A stretch of 64,000 bases of DNA from Planctomycetota bacterium. GTDB taxonomy: Bacteria; Planctomycetota; UBA8108; SXIK01. The notes under the pieces were generated by a model, which had not been told where the DNA came from, ran no database searches, and saw nothing but the letters and a program-made list of their open reading frames with translations. This document shows, piece by piece, positions 26,967 to 37,900 of the stretch. Positions within the stretch are counted from its first letter, which is position 1. Each line of letters opens with the position of its first letter. The DNA is taken from assembly GCA_965223265.1 (NCBI GenBank), contig OZ244999.1:2016001-2080000 (forward strand), in the 5' to 3' direction. The position numbers were made by a program, and so were the translations under genes.

Positions 26967-29939
26967 TTAGTCTGACGTCAGACGCTCCTCGAAGAGCACG
27001 TTCCCGTCCACCGAGTGATGTCGGAATGTGAGCGATGCGGCGGTGTCGTCTTCTTCCACGGTGGCCGAGAGGAAGCCGCCGACGACGTTCAGGTAGCGGT
27101 GGTACTCTTTAACGAAGTTCTCTTGCTTCCAGCCGCCGGCGTGCGCGTCGCTGGCCGGGCCGCAGGAGAATTCGAGGAGGCCATTGGCGGGATCTCGAGA
27201 CACGTACTGCCAGTGACGGTCGCCGCAGACGACCACCGTGTTTCGCTGCTGGGCGAGGAACGCGCGGATCTCATCCCCCTCGTGCTGGAAGGCCGCGTTG
27301 GAGTGGTTGTCGCGTTTGGCCGAGCGGTCAGGACCGACGATAGGGGTGGCGCTGATCAGGACGCGGAACGTCGCGTTTGAGGCAGCGAGAGATCGCTTCA
27401 ACCACTCTTTTTGCTCGGCTCCCCAAATGGTCTTTTGAGGGCCGTCTGGGTCGCCGTTCGGACTGCGAAAGTCTCGTCCTTCGACCAACCACACCTGCAG
27501 ATGCTTTCCCCAGCGCCGTGTGCGGAACGTGGACTCTCCCATCGGTACCTGTTCGCGAAACAGCGCCAGTCCTTGCTCGAAGGTGAACTCGAACATGTTG
27601 TCACGCTGCATACCGGGCCAGCAGTCGTTTTGCCAGGTGTCGTGGTCGTCCTTGATGAAGTAGCTGGCGACTTGTCGATGGAAGTTGACATTCGACGGCA
27701 GCCCGTACGTCCGCTGCCAATGATACCGCGCCAGTGGCAGCGACTTCGCGAGACGGTCGTAGTAGACGATATCACCGGTGTGTACGAAAAAGCTTGGGTC
27801 GAGCTGCAGGATACTGTTGTAGATTTTGAAGCCGTCAGCGCAGTCTCGGTCTTTGTATGCTTGGCCGGTCGACACAGCGAAGACCACCCTGGTGGGAGCA
27901 TCGGCTGCCGGCGCTGTGCAGAATCTCCCAGACAGCGATTGGCCCGGTTGACCGCTGTCTGCGTCGCGCGCCTCGACACGCACCAGGTACTTCGTTCCCG
28001 GGGTTAGACCGTCCAACTCGAACTGGTGGGTGAAGTCACGACGTGGGTCGACGGGCTGCCAGGACGTGGTCTGCCAGCTGGGATTGGCACTGTTGGCCGC
28101 GTATTGGACGCGGACTTCTCCTGGCATCCCAGGCGCGGCGTTGCGGAGGTCACGGGCGTCAGTTCCAACGCGGTACTGAATACGCTCGACCCGCCGGCGC
28201 TTTTCGTTGCGATTCGGGTCGTCCGCCGCAAACACAATGTCGACGGCCGGGGCGGTCGCGGGGTTGCGCTTAGCGCGCTGTGTCAGGCGTGTCCAGATGA
28301 TCGCGGAGTTTGATCCGACTTCGCCGACCTTGAAGCCAGTGGCTTGAAACGGAGCGGGTCCAAAGAGTTCGGTGTCGAAGTTCAACTCGCTTCGGTCCGC
28401 CCACTCGAACCAAAGCTTCTTGAGCTTCTCAACGCGCTCCGGGAAACGAGCCGCGAGGTCGTTCGTCTCTGTGGCGTCGGACTCGAGGTTGTAGAGTTCC
28501 CATCGACGCACCAGTTTGTCCCAGACAATCTTCCACGCGCCGCGCCGCAGCGCTCGGTTTCCACCCCATGCCCAGGCGAGGAAGTCGGGCGCAGGTCTTG
28601 AACCGCCGACTAGAATCGGCGCCAGGCTTCGGCCTTCGAACGGCAATATGGCTTCGCCATCTACCTCTGTCGGCAATTCGACCGCCGCTAGCTCCGTGAG
28701 CGTCGGTCCGATGTCGATGATGTGCCCAACTTCACGCGTCATGCTCCCCGCTTTGATGCGAGCCGGCCAGCGAACGATGAACGGGGTGCGCACGCCGCCC
28801 TCGTTCACCCAACTCTTGTAGCGGCGAAACGGTGTGTTCTGCGCCCAGCCCCACGCTGGGCCGACGGCTACGTAGTCGTCGACCGGCCCTGGGTTGCGCT
28901 CGGCAGGGTCTCGTCCGCCAGGTTCCTCGGCGCAGCCTCCATTGTCGGATAGAAACATGACGATCGTGTTATCGCGCAGGCCTGTTTCGTCGAGCGCCGC
29001 GAGCAGTCGCCCGATGTTTTGGTCCATGGAGTCGATCATCGCAGCGTACACCGCCATGCGCAGGTCCTCAAAGTCCTGCTCCGCACTCTCCCACGGATAG
29101 GATCGTGAGTCTGTTTCCGAGAGTGGGTGCGTTTCTTGATCGATCAGCCCCATGGCGAGCTGTCGTTCGTATCGCTGTCGCCGCAGCTCGTTCCAACCGC
29201 CCCGGTACTTGCCTCTGTATTTGGCGATATCAGCGGGGCGTGCGTGGAGTGGGTAGTGCGGCGCGGTGTAGCAGAGATGCAGAAAAAACGGTCGCTTCTG
29301 ACGCGCGAAGCGACGCAGAGATGTGATCGCCGCGTCTGTGAACGCGTCGGTCGTGTAGTAGTCGGCTGGGAAACTGAAGATGCGTCGATCATTCTCTGCG
29401 AAGTAACGAACACGACCGCCCTTGTAGTGTGGATCCGGCCGACCCGGATCAAAGAAATTGCAGCCGCCATCGAGCAGGCCGTAGTAGGAGTCGAAGCCGC
29501 GATAAAACGGATGCGCGACGTGGGTGCGTCCGAGGTGCCACTTGCCACTGAGCGCTGTTTGATAGTCACGTGGTTTCAGCATTTCGCCCAGCGTCAGCAT
29601 GTTCTTTCTCAGCAGCCCTCCTTTGCCGCGACGTGGGTAGAGGCCGGTGACGAGGGAGGCACGCGTCGTCGTGCACTTGGCATTGTTGTAAAACTGCGTG
29701 AAACGCAGACCGTCCCGGGCAAGTGAGTCGATGTGTGGTGTCGCGATCTCGCTTCCGTAGCAGCCGATGTCCGACCAGCCCATGTCGTCACAGAGGATCA
29801 GGATGACGTTTGGTGGTTGCTCTTGCGCGCCGCCCGTGGGCTGCGGCGTCGCGGAAAAAACGTCTAGTGTGGCGGCGATCCAGATCAACGATAGGACCGC
29901 TATGAAAAGAACGACAGGAGGCATCGACGCCAATCGCAT
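26967..29939 (-). CDS. Arylsulfatase - alkaline phosphatase D (PhoD) fusion
   Basis: Sulfatase motifs PNVILILCDDMG, CTTTRASLVTG, GKWHLG and SDNG. PhoD motifs GEVGSNSAIIWTR, GDIVYYD, DDHD and GDRH. Confidence 0.9.
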   Translation of the reverse strand: MRLASMPPVVLFIAVLSLIWIAATLDVFSATPQPTGGAQEQPPNVILILCDDMGWSDIGCYGSEIATPHIDSLARDGLRFTQFYNNAKCTTTRASLVTGLYPRRGKGGLLRKNMLTLGEMLKPRDYQTALSGKWHLGRTHVAHPFYRGFDSYYGLLDGGCNFFDPGRPDPHYKGGRVRYFAENDRRIFSFPADYYTTDAFTDAAITSLRRFARQKRPFFLHLCYTAPHYPLHARPADIAKYRGKYRGGWNELRRQRYERQLAMGLIDQETHPLSETDSRSYPWESAEQDFEDLRMAVYAAMIDSMDQNIGRLLAALDETGLRDNTIVMFLSDNGGCAEEPGGRDPAERNPGPVDDYVAVGPAWGWAQNTPFRRYKSWVNEGGVRTPFIVRWPARIKAGSMTREVGHIIDIGPTLTELAAVELPTEVDGEAILPFEGRSLAPILVGGSRPAPDFLAWAWGGNRALRRGAWKIVWDKLVRRWELYNLESDATETNDLAARFPERVEKLKKLWFEWADRSELNFDTELFGPAPFQATGFKVGEVGSNSAIIWTRLTQRAKRNPATAPAVDIVFAADDPNRNEKRRRVERIQYRVGTDARDLRNAAPGMPGEVRVQYAANSANPSWQTTSWQPVDPRRDFTHQFELDGLTPGTKYLVRVEARDADSGQPGQSLSGRFCTAPAADAPTRVVFAVSTGQAYKDRDCADGFKIYNSILQLDPSFFVHTGDIVYYDRLAKSLPLARYHWQRTYGLPSNVNFHRQVASYFIKDDHDTWQNDCWPGMQRDNMFEFTFEQGLALFREQVPMGESTFRTRRWGKHLQVWLVEGRDFRSPNGDPDGPQKTIWGAEQKEWLKRSLAASNATFRVLISATPIVGPDRSAKRDNHSNAAFQHEGDEIRAFLAQQRNTVVVCGDRHWQYVSRDPANGLLEFSCGPASDAHAGGWKQENFVKEYHRYLNVVGGFLSATVEEDDTAASLTFRHHSVDGNVLFEERLTSD

Positions 29940-30354
29940 AGTGGCTCCTTGCTGAGCAATCGATGGAAGGATGAGATATTGACTCCGATGCCTCGCGACA
30001 AGAGTTTCTTTGTCGGCGTTGGATTCGAGGCAGCGTGGATACAGGAACGAGACGTGCCGCGCAGCCGCGCGACCTGGTTGGCGTTCGAAGTCGGCTCGGG
30101 TGGGTCTCCAACGCGAGCTCCTCAGAGGATCGGAGCGACCGCACCGATCACGATAGTCAGGGTTTCACCTTGCGTCAACACGACGCGGGCTTCCCAGGCG
30201 CATGATGATGATGCCCGGCGATCCGTGTCCTGCCATCGTGCGCGTCTCTCCAGGCTCTTCGCCCCTGGTCAGTCGCGAGGCGAATGCAGGCGCGCACACG
30301 TTGCCGTGTTCGCCTGCCGATTTCCTATCGCAGAGATAGGTCACTCAGCAGGGG

Positions 30355-30882
30355 CTAGCCCCAGGTCACGACGTGAACTGCGAACGTGCCTTCAATCTCA
30401 CGCTCGTCGATGACGTCTCGGACGCGGAGGCGCACTCGTCCGGAGAGCGTCAAGTCGCCATCCCTACCAGCGTACTTTCCTGTAAGGCGTTCAGGACGCA
30501 GTTCGCCGCCGATGACTTCGAGAACCCGTTCCGATCCGGGAAGGCGGAGGGCCCCCAGCTTCGGCTCGTGCGGATCGCCGCCTTGCGGCCGCAACTCCAT
30601 AGCGTGTCCGATGACCTTCTTCCACTCGGCGCCATATCCGACCCGGACGGAAGGCAGCTCGCCGACGAGTGTGACCCCTTCACCGACAACCTCAAAGTCT
30701 TCGACGGTCGTCTCGTCGTCGTAGAGAAACAGATTGAGCACTTCGAGCTTGAACTCGACTTCTGTGCCGTCGACATCGAGCTTCAAGATCCATGGTGGCG
30801 GCGCGGAGCTCGCGACGCCACCGCAACCCGCAGCCGACAACAGCCAGACGGCGAGAAGAATCCTCTGCGTCGATCCGTTCAT
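30355..30882 (-). CDS. Hypothetical lipoprotein
   Basis: GGAGG upstream. Lipobox AAGC after a hydrophobic stretch. Confidence 0.7.
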   Translation of the reverse strand: MNGSTQRILLAVWLLSAAGCGGVASSAPPPWILKLDVDGTEVEFKLEVLNLFLYDDETTVEDFEVVGEGVTLVGELPSVRVGYGAEWKKVIGHAMELRPQGGDPHEPKLGALRLPGSERVLEVIGGELRPERLTGKYAGRDGDLTLSGRVRLRVRDVIDEREIEGTFAVHVVTWG

Positions 30883-32159
30883 ACCCACGTCTCAATTCCT
30901 CCGCTAACAGTTCTATCCTCTCCGTTCGGCTTTCGAAGGCGTCAAACATTTGTGGGCAGGGATGGGCATGATTACCGGAGCGCGGCCTCTGGCAACCGTA
31001 CCGAACGCTTCCGTCGATGCCGCGCGCCGGCGCTGTGTCGACGCCTTGTGCCGTTGCGCCCTACCGCTGCGCCCTACCACTGCGCCGTGCCGCTGTCTCG
31101 AGGCGGACCTTCGTGACGGCTCCTCGCGTCACGGCTCCAAGCGCGAACGTGACCCGACGCACAGAGGTCGCCACGGCAGGCTCGCCGTCCGCGGCTGCGT
31201 TTCCTTCAAGGTTGACGGCGTCATCGGGCGATTTTACAATGTGCAGCGCGGATCTTAGGGTTTAGCGAAAGCCCGCCGCGCTCCAAGTTTGGCCAGGTTG
31301 ACGTTCATTCTGGCCATTTCAAGTGTTGTTGATTAAAGACCTTAAGAGAATGTCTTTCGGCGTGCGCAAGAGGATTTGTCGTTCCCGTTCGAGCCGGCTG
31401 GTAGGCGTCGTTTTCGGCGTCATCGCGGTGAGTTCGCAGATCGACTTTGGCACTTTTTCGCGCACGGTTTGCGAGACCTCAACGTTTTCGAAGAGGGCGG
31501 TGTCTGAGAAGGCGGCTTCCGAAGTAGCTCCAGCGAGCGCTTGCGGGGTGTCGTCGTCGGGGCATCGCGACGGCGGTCAGGTCGGTCCGTGGGTTTTGCG
31601 TTCGGCGACCGTGCGCCTGGAGGCTCAGACTCCGGGGGCACGTAGCGTACGCAACGGCGCGCGGGTCGCGACGGCGGCCACGGAAGAGAGAGTGTGGAAG
31701 TGTTTTACACAGAAAGAACTTTGTTCACTAGGTTCACTATTCGTCTCTAGGATTTTACAGATCGCGAACAGCGAGGAACGCAGTGCGCTCGAGATCCTAC
31801 AAGGTCCGGGCCGCTTTCCCCGCAGGTTCCGCGGGCGTTACGGGCGACCAGGCCCGTTGGCGTCGCGCGGCACCGATTTCGTCTATGAACGTCAATTAAC
31901 GGAACCTCTCCATCGCCGACTGAATCGAGGCGATCGTCGCCGGTTCCACTCCCGCCGTGACTTGCTCCCTGCGACGCGCCGCGAGGGCGCGTCTGATTTG
32001 GTGCCGTGCCGCGACGTTTTGCGCGGCGTACAGCATGCGGCGGTTTCCGCGCAGCCCTGTCCGTGTGGGCCTGCTGCCCCTGACGTCTGCCGACGAATTC
32101 GGGTTGTCGCCGCGCTGCCGATGGTGACTTAGGTCTCTTCTGAGACCTCGTTCGCCCTC

Positions 32160-32345
32160 GTCGCCCGTGAGAACCAGCTGTCTGTGCTCAAGGAAAGGAG
32201 AGCGCCGATGCTGCCGGTTCGAGGTGAACAGACGCCTCCCGCTGCGTTGAGGAGCGCCGGATTGGCCGAGCAAGGAGGCCTTCCGTCCGCTCAACCCGCT
32301 CCTCCCATCTCGTGTTGCGCCGCCGAGCTGGTGGCGCCACGTTCG
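32160..32345 (+). ncRNA. ssrS: Putative 6S RNA
   Basis: Rod-like pairing ACCAGCT(32173)/AGCTGGT(32326) and GGAGAGCG/CGCTCCTCC around an unpaired bubble. ~185 nt, upstream of rny-ymdB, a known 6S context. Confidence 0.5.
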
Positions 32346-32439
32346 TGGTTACGGTCGAGTCATCGAGCCGCGAGCAAAGAGCGAGTCGAGCCCGGCGCAG
32401 CTGCGTTCCTACCCGACGTCAGCGAAAAGGGAGTCAGCG

Positions 32440-33975
32440 ATGGATCCTCTCAGTATTGCGACCGGCGTTCTCGCCGGTCTCGTGGTCTTTCTTGTCTATT
32501 GGTTGCGGGTGCGCTCGGCGAAGAAGACGGCCGATGAGATTCTCGCAGCGGCGAAGGTTGAAAGCGAGCGCCTGAGTGAAGAGTCTCGCAATCGCCTTGA
32601 GAGCGAGCTGCGTGAAAAACGTTCGAGCGTCGACCAAGAGCTCAAAGAGAAGCGAGAAGAGCAGAACGCCTTAGAGAGGCGTGTCGAGAAGAAGGAAGAC
32701 AACCTCGATCGAAAGTTCGATTTGCTCAACAAGAAAGAGAGCTATCTCGACAGCAAGGAGAAGAGCCTCGAACAGCGGTCGCGCATGATCGAAAAACGTG
32801 AGCAGGAAGTCGAGCAGACGATCGAAGAGGAGAAGCAATCACTCTACAAAATCACGGAGCTCAGCAAAGACGAGGCCGAAAAACTGCTGCTTCAAAAGCT
32901 TGAGCGTGAGTTCGAGCATGAGAAAGAAACCTTGATTGCGCGCACCGTCGACCGAGTGAAGGAGACTGCGGAGACCCGCGCGCGCGAAATCCTCGGGACG
33001 TGCATGCAGCGGATAGCGTCGAGCTACTGTCAGGAGATCACAACAGCGACGATCGAAATTCCGAATGACGAGATGAAGGGGCGCGTTATCGGTCGCGAGG
33101 GACGCAACATTCGCGCTTTCGAGCAGGCGACCGGTGTCGACGTCATCGTCGATGACACACCTGGGGTGATCATCCTTTCGTGTTTCGACAGCATTCGGCG
33201 TGAGATGGCTCGCCGCGCCATGCAGAAGCTCATTGCGGATGGGCGCATCCATCCGGCGCGGATCGAAGAAGTTGTCGAGGAAACAAAGAAGGAGATGAAC
33301 GAGCTGATCCAGCAGGAAGGGAAGAAGGTCGTCTACGATCTCAATCTTCCGGGTGTTCACCCGAAGATGATCACGCTGTTGGGGCGCCTGAAGTTCCGCA
33401 CTAGCTATGGTCAAAACGTTTTGACCCATTCGCGCGAATGCGCCAACCTGGCCGGGATGATCGCTTCGGAGCTCGGACTCGACATGACGTTGGCGCGCCG
33501 CTGCGCGATCATGCATGACGTCGGCAAGGCCGTAGATCACGAGATCGAAGGTGGGCACCCCGAGATCGGGGCGAACATCGCGGGGCGTTACGATGAACCG
33601 CCCGAAGTGATCAACTCGATCGCCTCGCACCACAACGACGTCCCGCAGGAGAGCATTTACGCCGTGATCACACAGATCGCGGACTCGATTTCGGGCTCAC
33701 GACCTGGCGCCCGCGGTGAAACCCTCGAACGCTACATCAAGAGGCTCGAGAAGCTTGAGTCGGTAGTTCTCAGTTTCGCCGGTGTGAAATCCGCGAATGC
33801 GATTCAGGCCGGGCGTGAAGTTCGTGTCTTCGTCAACTCCCAGAAGGTGAGCGACAAGAAGGCGCTGAAGTTGTGTCGTGATATAGCCGCTGAAATCGAA
33901 AATCAATTGACCTATCCAGGTGAAATCAAAGTCACGCTTCTGAGGGAGACGCGTGTCGTTGAGTATGCCAGATAG
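32440..33975 (+). CDS. rny: Ribonuclease Y
   Basis: N-terminal TM, coiled coil, KH motif KGRVIGREGRNIR, HD motif MHDVGK, RTSYGQN and AIQAGREVRV. Confidence 0.97.
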   Translation: MDPLSIATGVLAGLVVFLVYWLRVRSAKKTADEILAAAKVESERLSEESRNRLESELREKRSSVDQELKEKREEQNALERRVEKKEDNLDRKFDLLNKKESYLDSKEKSLEQRSRMIEKREQEVEQTIEEEKQSLYKITELSKDEAEKLLLQKLEREFEHEKETLIARTVDRVKETAETRAREILGTCMQRIASSYCQEITTATIEIPNDEMKGRVIGREGRNIRAFEQATGVDVIVDDTPGVIILSCFDSIRREMARRAMQKLIADGRIHPARIEEVVEETKKEMNELIQQEGKKVVYDLNLPGVHPKMITLLGRLKFRTSYGQNVLTHSRECANLAGMIASELGLDMTLARRCAIMHDVGKAVDHEIEGGHPEIGANIAGRYDEPPEVINSIASHHNDVPQESIYAVITQIADSISGSRPGARGETLERYIKRLEKLESVVLSFAGVKSANAIQAGREVRVFVNSQKVSDKKALKLCRDIAAEIENQLTYPGEIKVTLLRETRVVEYAR

Positions 33976-34049
33976 TTCGAACGAGTGGCGATGCGAAGGT
34001 TTTGTCTCGGCGCGAACACGCTTCGCGCGTCGTGATTTAGAAAGGATTT

Positions 34050-34850
34050 GTGTTGGAAGTCCGCATACTTGCGATCGGCGACATTGTCGGCAAGCCGGGG
34101 CGCGGTGTTCTCAAGGATCGATTGCCTCAGTTCGTCGAGGAGCGCGACATCGACTTCGTGATCGCCAACGGTGAGAATGCGGCACAAGGCAGCGGCATCA
34201 CGCGCAATCTGTTCAATGAGATTCGTCGCGCCGGTGTTGATTGTGTCACCTGCGGCGACCACGTCTGGAAGCGTATGGAGATCACGCAGGTGCTGGATTC
34301 CGACTCCCGACTGCTTCGGCCGCTGAACTATCCCAGCCAGGCTGCGGGGCGAGGCATTACTGTACTCGAGTCCCGAAAAGGCGTGCGCATCGGAGTGGCG
34401 ACGATCATCGGGCGAATCTTCATGGGGCCGGCAGATTGCCCTTTCGCAGCTGCCGACCATGCGCTCGAGCGTATGAAGGCCGAGACAAATATCTGTGTGG
34501 TCGAGATTCATGCCGAGGCGACCAGCGAGAAGGTGGCGTTGTCGTGGAAACTCGATGGTCGCGCGTCACTCGTATTCGGCACTCACACCCACATTCCGAC
34601 GGCCGACGCCCGAATCCTGCCGCGGGGCACAGCCTACATCACCGACATTGGGATGACGGGACCATACGATTCTGTCATTGGCCGCGACGTCAAGAACGTC
34701 CTACACAAATTCGAGACCAGTATGCACGCGCAGTTCAACGTGGCCTCTGGCAACACCCGCTTGTGTGGCGTGCTCGTCTCGGTCGACGATCAGACTGGCA
34801 AAGCGCTCAGTATCGAGCGTGTCGATTTGCCTCAAAGAGCGCGCGCCTGA
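34050..34850 (+). CDS. ymdB: YmdB-family metallophosphoesterase
   Basis: GDIVGKPG, NGEN, RPLNYP, HAEATSEK, GTHTH and TDIGMTG. Follows rny. Confidence 0.95.
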   Translation: MLEVRILAIGDIVGKPGRGVLKDRLPQFVEERDIDFVIANGENAAQGSGITRNLFNEIRRAGVDCVTCGDHVWKRMEITQVLDSDSRLLRPLNYPSQAAGRGITVLESRKGVRIGVATIIGRIFMGPADCPFAAADHALERMKAETNICVVEIHAEATSEKVALSWKLDGRASLVFGTHTHIPTADARILPRGTAYITDIGMTGPYDSVIGRDVKNVLHKFETSMHAQFNVASGNTRLCGVLVSVDDQTGKALSIERVDLPQRARA

Positions 34851-34948
34851 AGGAACGTGAAACGGTCAGCCGCAGTACTGTAGCCGGCTGCAGCAGAGCT
34901 CGGGCGTTGGCCACGAACGGAGGTCGATGTGACAGGGCTAGCTCGAGG

Positions 34949-37900
34949 CTAGGGAGCGCACGTCAACGCATCTTCTGTCGGATCGCGCCCGGGAACGACG
35001 CCGCCTGGAAGCGGGATGGCGCGATCGCCGGCGAACAAGGCCCGCAGGAGATAAACGGGGTCACTGAGGTCGGCGGTTCCGTCGTCGTTGACATCGAGGC
35101 GGTCCATGCACTCGGGAGCACTTTGGCCGCGGAAAAGGATGGCGATCAGAGCCAAGGCGTCCGTGAGGTCGATCACTCGATCGTCGTTGACTTCACCGCG
35201 CCGGAACTGTTCCGAGCCCTCACCGACGCGTAGCTGTGCAGCGATCAGGCTTGAGGTGCCTGCGGCGGTGGTGACGCGAACGACACCGCTCGCAGCCTGG
35301 CGTGGGGCTTCAAGGACGAGCCGAGTCGGTGTCCATCTGATGACACGCGAGGGTTCAACCCCTATGGTGACGCGCGCATCCGCATCGAAGCCTTCGCCCG
35401 CGAGTGACCAAGTCTCACCGAACGCGAGTTCCTCGCGCGGCCACGCATCCCACACCAAGAGGCCGGTTTCGGGCTTGCTCACGGCATTGCCGAGCGCCTG
35501 CTGCGGCTCGAAGATCGTCGATTCCGAATCGAGCAGCCGAGATCCTAACGTGCTCAGGGCTGAGGCGCTTCCCACCGCGATATAGTGGACGAGGACTTTG
35601 TGTTCACCCGGGGCGAAAGATAGCGAAAACTCTTCGCGCAGACGATCGACTGCCGGGCGCGACGTTCGGGGGGGAGGCGATGTCCGGGGGTAAACGTGTA
35701 GGAGCGCAGCGTCTCCTCGGCCCAATAGAGCCCATGAGCCCTGCCGGGACTCTGTGTTGTCGTCACTTGAAGTGTCGAATCGAGAGGTGAACGAGTCGAG
35801 GGCGACGTCGAAGTGCAGTTCCACGAGAACGTCCTGGGCACTTGCGGTGGAGTTGATGAGTTCGTCTTCGATGCGTATGAGCGGCTGCGGCCCGAGTTGG
35901 GAAGCGACGTAGCGACGTAGCGTCAGCGGGCCGACTGCGGTAGGACCGACGATGACGCCCCGATCGCCGGGTAGCGCCTTGGCGATCGCGACAGCTCCGG
36001 CGAAGTCGCCGTCAACACTGAGCACCGCGGCGTTGTCGACAACCACGGGAGTTGCAGTGGGCTCCGAAAGCGCCGTCGACGGCAGGACAAGCCATGACGC
36101 CTCGCCGGCGTTCACCACGTGCGGTAGGGTCGTCTCGACGACATCGTCCGCCGCGATCACCGGGTTGAACTGTGGCAGCTCATCGCCGTCATGAAGACCG
36201 CCTCCATCGGAATCGCCCAGCCACGGAAACGTGCCGATCTCGACCGCAGTACGGAAGGCGTAGCTCGCCGTTTCAAACCGATCACCGATGCCGTCTCCAT
36301 CGGTGTCCGAGTTGTCCGGATCCGTGCCCCAGGTGACCTCAAAGCGATTCGGAAGTCCGTCGCCATCGGCGTCGATATCTGGCGTTAGGACGCGCACATG
36401 TGACTGCCCGTCGGTCTGCACGACAGAGGAGCTGACGCGGAGCGTTGCCAACGCTGGGCGATCGGAGCCGACGCTGACGACTATCCAACCACCTCGAGGT
36501 CGTACCGTTACGGACTGAGCCGTCGGTGGCGTCACGGCATCACCGTGGAGGATGCCGGCGAAACGCGCGTCGTCGGAGAGCTCGAACACAAGCCGGACGT
36601 CCGCATCAGCGATCGTCTGATCGGAGAGCGGCGTGCCGTGGGCGTCGCGAACCGCGACGCGGTAAACGATCGGTTCGTCCACGATTCCGACGATCTCCTC
36701 GCGGTGGTGGAGAACGATATGTGTGTTCGGGAGCGTGTCGTCTGCGTCACCGATGCCGTCGCCGTCGGTGTCGGCGTTGGTTGGCGAGGTGCCGCGGTTC
36801 GCTTCTTCGCCGTCCGAAACTCCGTCGCCGTCGGTGTCGGCGCGTAGAGGCGAGGCTCCTATTGCAAACTCCTCAGCGTTTGTTAGTCCGTCGCTGTCAG
36901 GGTCAGCCGCCGCGTCGTCCGGATCGCTTGGGTCAAGTCCAGCTGCGGTCTCGAAACGGTCCGGTAGACCATCGCTATCGCTGTCGATCTGAAAGTTGAC
37001 GACGTTGGAACGATCGGCTGCATCGAGTCCCTGCAGATACGCTCCCGTCGGCGACCTGACGTCGCGCAAGATGGCCTCGACGACTCCTAAATCTTCTGAG
37101 ACAACGACGTACGACAGGAGCGATGCGAGACTCTCCGGAGACTCCGGTCCGATGCCATACTCGATCGACGCGCTCCCGATGGCGTCAACACCGATAAAGA
37201 ATGGCCGCAGGATCGCGCCAGCGCCGACGAACGCGTGGCCGAGGAACAAGTCGTTTCCCAGACGACGGAGCCGGACGACATAAGCGTCGTCATTGGCATC
37301 GAGAAGTTCATCGCCGCTCGATGTCGAAACGATCTCGACTCCGTCGAGAGACATCAGGAAGCTTTCGAACGCGACGTTGGCAACGCGCGAATCGCCTGAA
37401 AAGCTATCGTGCCACCGCAGCCATGGGGCTTCGGGATGGACGAACACCTGCCGGATCACGCCCTGCGGTGAAAAGAAATCTGCAGAAAAGAGTCTCAGCA
37501 GTTGTCCCTCCTCCGCCAGAATTCCGGTTTCGGAGACAAACAACTCGTCGTCGACTGTGAGAAGGCCGAGATCCACAAGAATCGACTCGTCGTCCATGAT
37601 GGCAGCACCTAGGGAGAGGATTTGCCACGTCCGCTCGTCCGCACCCGTGACGACTACAGGGTCGAACACGTCGACAGACACGGTGTCATCGCTGGAAACA
37701 TTCGGATCGTTACCTCTTCGGACTTCGTCACCGTCTCCTTGCCCACCGCCATCCGTATCGGCGGAGGTTGGCGATGATCCAGTGTCGTTCTCGTCGACGA
37801 AGATTCCGGTCGCCGTCTCCACCTGGTCGCCGAGTCCGTCTCCGTCGGTGTCAGCGTCGTCCGGGTCTGTCCCTCGGGCGATCTCGTCGCGATTGCTCAA

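Noticed and set aside
31323-32132. 269-aa ORF upstream of rny
   Set aside because: Arg/Ser-rich with no motif or clear RBS, and it crosses AT-rich promoter-like patches. Likely spurious.
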